This document shows, one piece after another, positions 58,834 to 64,000 of a stretch of DNA of 64,000 nucleotides. Position 1 is the first letter of the stretch; each line of letters begins with the position of its first letter. The stretch covers positions 320,001-384,000 of the forward strand of contig JAVJQW010000011.1 of assembly GCA_040218735.1 (NCBI GenBank). The letters are read 5' to 3'. Origin of the DNA: Deltaproteobacteria bacterium. Lineage in GTDB: Bacteria > Myxococcota > Kuafuiibacteriia > Kuafuiibacteriales > Kuafuiibacteriaceae. Position numbers and translations under genes: made by a program. The notes under the pieces were generated by a model. That model was not told where the DNA came from, did not search any database, and saw only the letters and a list, made by a program, of their open reading frames with translations.

Positions 58834-61713
58834 GTGAGACGTCGGGCTCTGCAACTCGGGCTGGCGCCCCTGGTGCTGCTCGTCGCCGGCTGTCCGACGA
58901 CTCCCCAAATCGAACCGATTGACGGACGTCTCGAGATCGCTCCGGACACCGCGACGCTGGGCACCATACCGCTCGCTACGCCCATCGAAGCGCGCTTCGA
59001 AGCGGCGAACGTCGGACGCCTCGCCCTCACCCTGACCGCGACCCTCTCCGGCCTCGGCGCCGACGACGTCCAGATCACGAGTCTGCCGAACGTCATGGCG
59101 CCCGGGTCGCGTCGCGACATCGTCCTCACCATCGTCGCGACCGAGCCCGGACCGCTCGACGTGCTCATCGACGTCACGACCGACGCCGACACGACGCACT
59201 CCGTGTTCGTGCGCGCCGAGCGCGTACCGAGCACGCTCCGGCTCGAACCCGAACACGTCGACTTCGACGCGGTGCGCGTCGGCCGTACGAAGATCGTCCC
59301 GGTCGAAGTTCACAACCCGCTCGCGGAGGCCGGGACGGTCACGCTGACCTTCGACGATCCGACGGGCCCGTTCCGAATCGACGGACCGACCACCGCGCAG
59401 CTCGAGGGCGGCGCGTTTCACACGTTCGACGTCGCGTTCGAGCCCAAGGCGGAGCGCACCTACAGCGGCCGGGTCCGTGTGATGCGCACGGGCGGCGGCG
59501 TTGGCGAGCGCGGCCTTCGGCTCGCGGGGCGCGGCACGAGCTCGAGCCTCGCCTGCGACGAAGACGCGCTGGCGTTCGGTGACGTCCCGCCGGAGCGCTG
59601 CGCGGAGCGCACCGTCCGCTGCACCAACACGGCCGACGACGACATCGAGCTGATCGAAACGGCGCTAACGCCCCCCTCAGCCCCCTTCACCGTGAACGTC
59701 CCGCTCCGTCGAATCGCACCGCGCGCGCACGTCGACGCGATCGTCGAATTCTGCCCGACCGATCTCACGTCCGCGTCTGCGACACTGGAGCTCACCGTCA
59801 CCGAAGACGACCGACGCCGCTGGCCCACCCGCGTCGGGCTCTCGGGCCGGGGCGGCGGGCCCGCGGTCTCGCTCCCGAGCGATCGGCTGAGCATGGGCGG
59901 CGCAGTGATCGGCGGCCGAACGCGGCGGCGGCTCGCGATCGACAACGTGGGGCACGCGCCGCTGACGATCTCTTCGACGTGGTTCCGCCCGACCGACGCG
60001 CCGTTCCGGGTGCTTGCCTCCCCCGCACCGATCGAACCGCAGGGTCGTGGCTACGTCGAGCTGGAGTTCGAGCCGCAGGCGCTCGGCGAAGCCAGCGCCG
60101 AGCTCATCCTCGCGACGAACGATCCGACCTGGCCCGAAGCACGTGCCGTGCTCAGCGGGGTCGCGGTCGCCGCCAACCCGTGCGAGATGGTCGTGGCGCC
60201 TCCGTCGATCGACTTCGGCGTCGTGCAGACCGGCACCCCGGTCGCGCAGGAGATCGAGCTCACGGCCTCGGGGCAGATGGCCTGCGCGTACTTCGACGCA
60301 CGACTGGAAGACGGAGCGCACTTCACGCTGACCGGGCCGACCTCGGGCGTGCTGGCGCCCGGCGCGAGCGCGACCTTCGTCGTCACCTACGCGCGCGCCA
60401 CACCTTCGGGGCCCAACGGGGACCTCGACACGTTCGTCGTCGACGTGCCCAACGCTTCCCCCGCGACCCCGCAAGTCAGCTTGCGGGGGACGTCGGCCGA
60501 ACCGGCGCTCGCGCTCTACCCCAGCGTCGTCGACTACGGCGTGGTCGCGTCACCCGACGTGCTGAGCAAGACCGTCGCCGTCTTCAACGTGGGCACCGCG
60601 CCGCACCGCGTGACCTCCGTGGCGATCGACGGCAGCGCGGCCCACACGATCGCGCAGATCCCCGGCGGCGCGCCGCCGTTCGAGCTGCTCCCCGGGGAGT
60701 CGTTCGAGGTGAACCTGGAGTACACACCGTCGGCCGCCGCGATCGACCGGGGCCGGCTCCAGATCGTCTCCGACCGCATCGGCACCCTCACCGTCCCGCT
60801 CACTGGCGAACGCCAGACCGTCGTCTGCAGCCGGGTGTCGGGCACGATCTGCTCCGCGAGCGGCGGCGTGCCGAGCGTCGGCGCGAAGGTGACGGTCGAA
60901 GGCACCGCCCTGGAGACGACGACCGACCCGGACGGGCGCTTCTACCTCCCGTGTGTCCCGAGCGGCCCACAGACGCTCCACTTCGAGCGCGGACACTTCT
61001 CTCGGACCGTGAACGTCACCGTGCAGAGCGGGCAGCGCACGACGTTGCCCTCCTCGACCTGCCTGGATCCGGCGAGCGCCCAGATCGCGGTGGTGCGCGG
61101 GCAGTGGGATCCTTCGGAGGTCATCCTCACTTCGCTGGGGCTTCCGTTCGATCTCTACGAGGGCGTCGCGTGGCCGGCCGCGATCCTCACGAGCTCCGCG
61201 CTGCTCGCCTCGTACGACATCCTGTTCCTCAACTGCGGGCTGGACGACTCGACGATCCGCAGCGCCGCCGTCGCGGCGAACCTCCGCGCGTTCGTGGAGG
61301 GGGGCGGCTCGCTCTACGCCTCGGACCAGGCCTACGACGCCGTCGAGGCGGCGTTCCCGTACGCGATCGACTTCGCCGGTGACGACACGGTGCTCAACGC
61401 CGCCGAGAGCGGCGGCGTATCGCCGGTCGCCGGGCGTGTCCTCGACCCACGCATGCTCCGCCGCCTGCCGGACCAAACCGCGCTCACGCTGGGTTACTCG
61501 CCGAACTACGTCCGCATCGACGGCGTGACCCTTCAGACCACGGTGCACGTGGTGGGGCAGACGGCCGCCGGCGCCACGCCGCTTCGACCGCTCCTCGTCT
61601 CCTTCGCGCCGCCGGCGGGAGGACGCGTCGTCTTCACGACGTTCCACAACACGGACGCCGAAGAGGACCCGGACGTCACCACCGTCCTCGAGACCGTGCT
61701 GAGCGATCTCTAG
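58834..61713 (+). CDS. Large lipoprotein with tandem Ig-like (choice-of-anchor D/ASH-like) domains, carboxypeptidase-regulatory-like domain and C-terminal alpha/beta domain
   Basis: LVAGC lipobox; repeated P..(V/I)DFG.V...N.G..PL motifs; TTTDPDGRFYL; YDILFLNCG...FVEGGGSLYASD...GRVVFTTFHN. Confidence 0.8.
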   Translation: MRRRALQLGLAPLVLLVAGCPTTPQIEPIDGRLEIAPDTATLGTIPLATPIEARFEAANVGRLALTLTATLSGLGADDVQITSLPNVMAPGSRRDIVLTIVATEPGPLDVLIDVTTDADTTHSVFVRAERVPSTLRLEPEHVDFDAVRVGRTKIVPVEVHNPLAEAGTVTLTFDDPTGPFRIDGPTTAQLEGGAFHTFDVAFEPKAERTYSGRVRVMRTGGGVGERGLRLAGRGTSSSLACDEDALAFGDVPPERCAERTVRCTNTADDDIELIETALTPPSAPFTVNVPLRRIAPRAHVDAIVEFCPTDLTSASATLELTVTEDDRRRWPTRVGLSGRGGGPAVSLPSDRLSMGGAVIGGRTRRRLAIDNVGHAPLTISSTWFRPTDAPFRVLASPAPIEPQGRGYVELEFEPQALGEASAELILATNDPTWPEARAVLSGVAVAANPCEMVVAPPSIDFGVVQTGTPVAQEIELTASGQMACAYFDARLEDGAHFTLTGPTSGVLAPGASATFVVTYARATPSGPNGDLDTFVVDVPNASPATPQVSLRGTSAEPALALYPSVVDYGVVASPDVLSKTVAVFNVGTAPHRVTSVAIDGSAAHTIAQIPGGAPPFELLPGESFEVNLEYTPSAAAIDRGRLQIVSDRIGTLTVPLTGERQTVVCSRVSGTICSASGGVPSVGAKVTVEGTALETTTDPDGRFYLPCVPSGPQTLHFERGHFSRTVNVTVQSGQRTTLPSSTCLDPASAQIAVVRGQWDPSEVILTSLGLPFDLYEGVAWPAAILTSSALLASYDILFLNCGLDDSTIRSAAVAANLRAFVEGGGSLYASDQAYDAVEAAFPYAIDFAGDDTVLNAAESGGVSPVAGRVLDPRMLRRLPDQTALTLGYSPNYVRIDGVTLQTTVHVVGQTAAGATPLRPLLVSFAPPAGGRVVFTTFHNTDAEEDPDVTTVLETVLSDL

Positions 61714-62951
61714 GCTTCGGCGCGCCCGACGTAGCGCGCGCGCGGTCGTAGCGAGAAGCCGGCTTCGCGCTGCTCGAGCGCGTGGGCGACCCACCCCGCG
61801 GTGCGTCCCGCCGCGAACATCGCCCCCGCAGCGCCGGACGGCAGGTTCAACGCCGCAGCGAGCGCAACGAGCCCGAAGTCGGAGGTCGGGTGCTCCTGCC
61901 CCGCGATCTCCATCGCCGAGACCATCGCGGTCGCGGTCTGCACGCGGCGGTTCCTGGGCGCGACCGCCTCGGCGAGCGCGAGGAGGTGACGGCCGCGCGG
62001 ATCCCCGTCTGGGTAGAGGCGGTGGCCGAAGCCCGGGATCGCGTCGCCGCGCCGGAGGCGATCGCGGACGAACGTCACGGCGCGCGACGCGGAGGGCACT
62101 TCGGCGAGGAGCGCCTCTACGCGATCACACGCGCCGCCGTGGATCGGTCCGGTCATCGTCGCGATGGCGGCCGACAGGCACGCGTAGAGATCGGCGCCGA
62201 CCGAGGCGGGGAGCCGAGCGGCGAAGCTGGAGGGGTTGAGCTCGTGGTCGGCCATCAGGACCAGCGCTTCGTCGACGGCGCGCACTGCGCGTTTCGAACG
62301 CGCCTTGCCGAGCGCCGCGAGGAGCGAGCGCGCGACCGTGGATTCGGCGAGCGCCGCTTCGACGCGCTCACGCCCGGCGGGGAGCGCGACGCTCGCGACG
62401 AGGCGACGTACCGTGATGCGTGCGCGCGCGAGGACCTCGGCGCGGTCGTAGCGGGCGGCGTCGCGGACCGCGAGCGGTTGAACCACGAAGCCCATGGCGT
62501 CGAGCGGACGCAAGTCCTTCGGAATCATCGCGACGAGCTTCGACAGGGACGTACCGAAGCCTTCGACGGGCCAGCGCGCGGAGCGATCGAGCTGCCCCGT
62601 CCACAGCAGCTCGGCGACGGATTCGAACGGGTGGTGTTCCGCCGCGAGGTCGGTGGCGCGGTGTCCGCGGTAGGCGTGGCCCTCCGGATCGATTCGCGTG
62701 ATGGCCGAGTCGAGGACGGGCTCCCCCCACCTCAGCGCCCCCGCCGCGACGGCGCGGTGCCCGGCGCGCGCGGCGCTGCGCGCGGCGAGTCGGATCAGGT
62801 CGTCGCGTTTGTAACGACGACGACGTCCGTCGGCGTCCGGGACGCTGCTGACGAGACCGCGGCTGACGTACGCGTAGAGCGTTGTCCGTTTGACGCCGAG
62901 GAGCTCCTCCGCCTCGTGGGCGTCGACCCACGCCTCGGGTGGATTGTTCAT
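61710..62951 (-). CDS. Citrate synthase-family protein with N-terminal helix-turn-helix DNA-binding domain
   Basis: EAEELLGVKRTTLYAYVSRGL (excisionase/MerR-like HTH); DHELNPSSFAAR, GPIHGGA, PGFGHRLYPDGDPR. Confidence 0.9.
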   Translation of the reverse strand: MNNPPEAWVDAHEAEELLGVKRTTLYAYVSRGLVSSVPDADGRRRRYKRDDLIRLAARSAARAGHRAVAAGALRWGEPVLDSAITRIDPEGHAYRGHRATDLAAEHHPFESVAELLWTGQLDRSARWPVEGFGTSLSKLVAMIPKDLRPLDAMGFVVQPLAVRDAARYDRAEVLARARITVRRLVASVALPAGRERVEAALAESTVARSLLAALGKARSKRAVRAVDEALVLMADHELNPSSFAARLPASVGADLYACLSAAIATMTGPIHGGACDRVEALLAEVPSASRAVTFVRDRLRRGDAIPGFGHRLYPDGDPRGRHLLALAEAVAPRNRRVQTATAMVSAMEIAGQEHPTSDFGLVALAAALNLPSGAAGAMFAAGRTAGWVAHALEQREAGFSLRPRARYVGRAEA

Positions 62952-62954
62952 TCC

Positions 62955-62992
62955 ATGACATTGATCGATGTTTCAACGTTGATCAATGTCAT
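62955..62992. promoter_or_regulatory. 38-bp palindromic operator between the divergent citrate synthase-family genes
   Basis: ATGACATTGATC-N14-GATCAATGTCAT perfect 12-bp arms; 16 of 18 matches when extended to the centre. Confidence 0.8.
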
Positions 62993-63013
62993 CGCGGGAC
63001 GGAAGTTCTCAGC

Positions 63014-64000
63014 ATGAAGTTGGAACCCATCGACGTAGGTCTGGAGGGGGTCGTCGTCGCCGAGACCGTGCTGAGCGAGGTGGACGGCGAGCGTGGCGCC
63101 CTGCTCCTGCGCGGCCATCCACTCCACCACATCGCCGGGGAGTGGACCTTCGAGGAGGTCGTGCACCTGTTCGTCACCGGCGAACGCCCCGACAGCGCTA
63201 CGCGCCAGTCGCTCGAACGACGCCTCGGGGCGGCGCGGGTCGAGGCCTACGAACACATCGGTCGGCTCGGCGCGGCCCTCGACGTCGACAACGGCATGGA
63301 CGCGCTCCGGGGCGCCGTCGCCCAGGGGCAAGTCCCCGAAGACGACGCCATGCAGACCGTGCTCACCCTCGCCGCTCGCGTCGCCGTCTTCGCTGCGGCG
63401 TGGTCTGCACGCCAGAGCGGCCGCTCCCTAATCGCGCCGAACCCGGAGCGCGCCCACGCCCAGGACCTCCTCTCGATGTACCTCGGACGCGACTGCGACC
63501 CCGTGTACGGCCGCGCCCTCGACACGTACCTCACCACGGTGGTCGACCACGGCATGAACGCCTCGACGTTCACGGCGCGGGTCGTCGCCTCGACGGAGTC
63601 CGACGCGACCTCGTGTGTCGTCGCCGCCCTCGGCGCGCTCAAGGGGCGCCTCCACGGCGGCGCGCCCGGACCGGTCCTCGACATGCTCGACGCGATCGGT
63701 ACGCGCGACAACGCCGAGGCCTGGTTGAAGGGCGAGCTCGACCACCGACGCCGCATCATGGGCATGGGGCACCGCGTGTACCGTGTACGCGACCCGCGCG
63801 CGGCCGTGCTCGAAGGCGCCGTCGCGACCCTCCGCGACGACGAGCGGCTCGCGCTCGCCAAGGCCACGGAAGAGACGGCCGCGCGGCTCCTCGCGGAGCG
63901 CCACCCGGACCGTCGCCTCCGTGCGAACGTCGAGTTCTACACCGCGGTGCTCCTCGAAGCCCTCGAGATCCCGCGCGCGTCCTTCACGCCGACGTTTGCG
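63014..64000 (+). CDS. Citrate synthase/methylcitrate synthase family enzyme (runs off window end; missing from ORF track)
   Basis: ATG 63014 MKLEPIDVGLEGVVVAETVLSEVDGERG; DHGMNASTFTARV, LHGGAP, MGMGHRVYRVRDPR, NVEFY. Confidence 0.92.
   Translation, partial: MKLEPIDVGLEGVVVAETVLSEVDGERGALLLRGHPLHHIAGEWTFEEVVHLFVTGERPDSATRQSLERRLGAARVEAYEHIGRLGAALDVDNGMDALRGAVAQGQVPEDDAMQTVLTLAARVAVFAAAWSARQSGRSLIAPNPERAHAQDLLSMYLGRDCDPVYGRALDTYLTTVVDHGMNASTFTARVVASTESDATSCVVAALGALKGRLHGGAPGPVLDMLDAIGTRDNAEAWLKGELDHRRRIMGMGHRVYRVRDPRAAVLEGAVATLRDDERLALAKATEETAARLLAERHPDRRLRANVEFYTAVLLEALEIPRASFTPTFA

Noticed and set aside
62948-63904. Short ORFs listed in the track over 62948-63904
   Set aside because: The real gene is the unlisted plus-strand citrate synthase from 63014 that runs off the window end

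Overview
High-GC (~70%), very gene-dense bacterial DNA. MYXO-CTERM tails, Cys-rich repeats, FHA and Ser/Thr kinase genes point to Myxococcota or a relative (inference). About 42 real genes; most long ORFs in the six-frame track are antisense shadows. I saw no rRNA, tRNA, CRISPR array or intact mobile element. Main blocks: (1) fetAB-like ABC exporter; (2) six-gene YfaS/Mag-type alpha-2-macroglobulin operon whose macroglobulin keeps the CLEQ thioester and whose YfaQ-position gene fuses an HEXXH metallopeptidase to a PBP-type SxxK/SxN/KTG domain; (3) a ~4.2 kb lower-GC island of three unannotated co-oriented genes resembling a pore-forming toxin/effector cassette, next to a possible decayed IS66 fragment; (4) housekeeping genes (ABC-F, MscS, pckA, lon); (5) a divergent extracytoplasmic flavinylation locus (apbE, TlpA, DUF4266 / DUF2271-like-FN3-CFI-box protein, DUF3570-like barrel, PAP2 fusion, TonB-dependent-like receptor); (6) a rhomboid lacking its catalytic dyad upstream of a 1760-aa thrombospondin-like surface protein; (7) an HTH-citrate synthase fusion divergent from a citrate synthase across a 38-bp palindrome. 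Family assignments come from motif recognition by eye, not from database searches.
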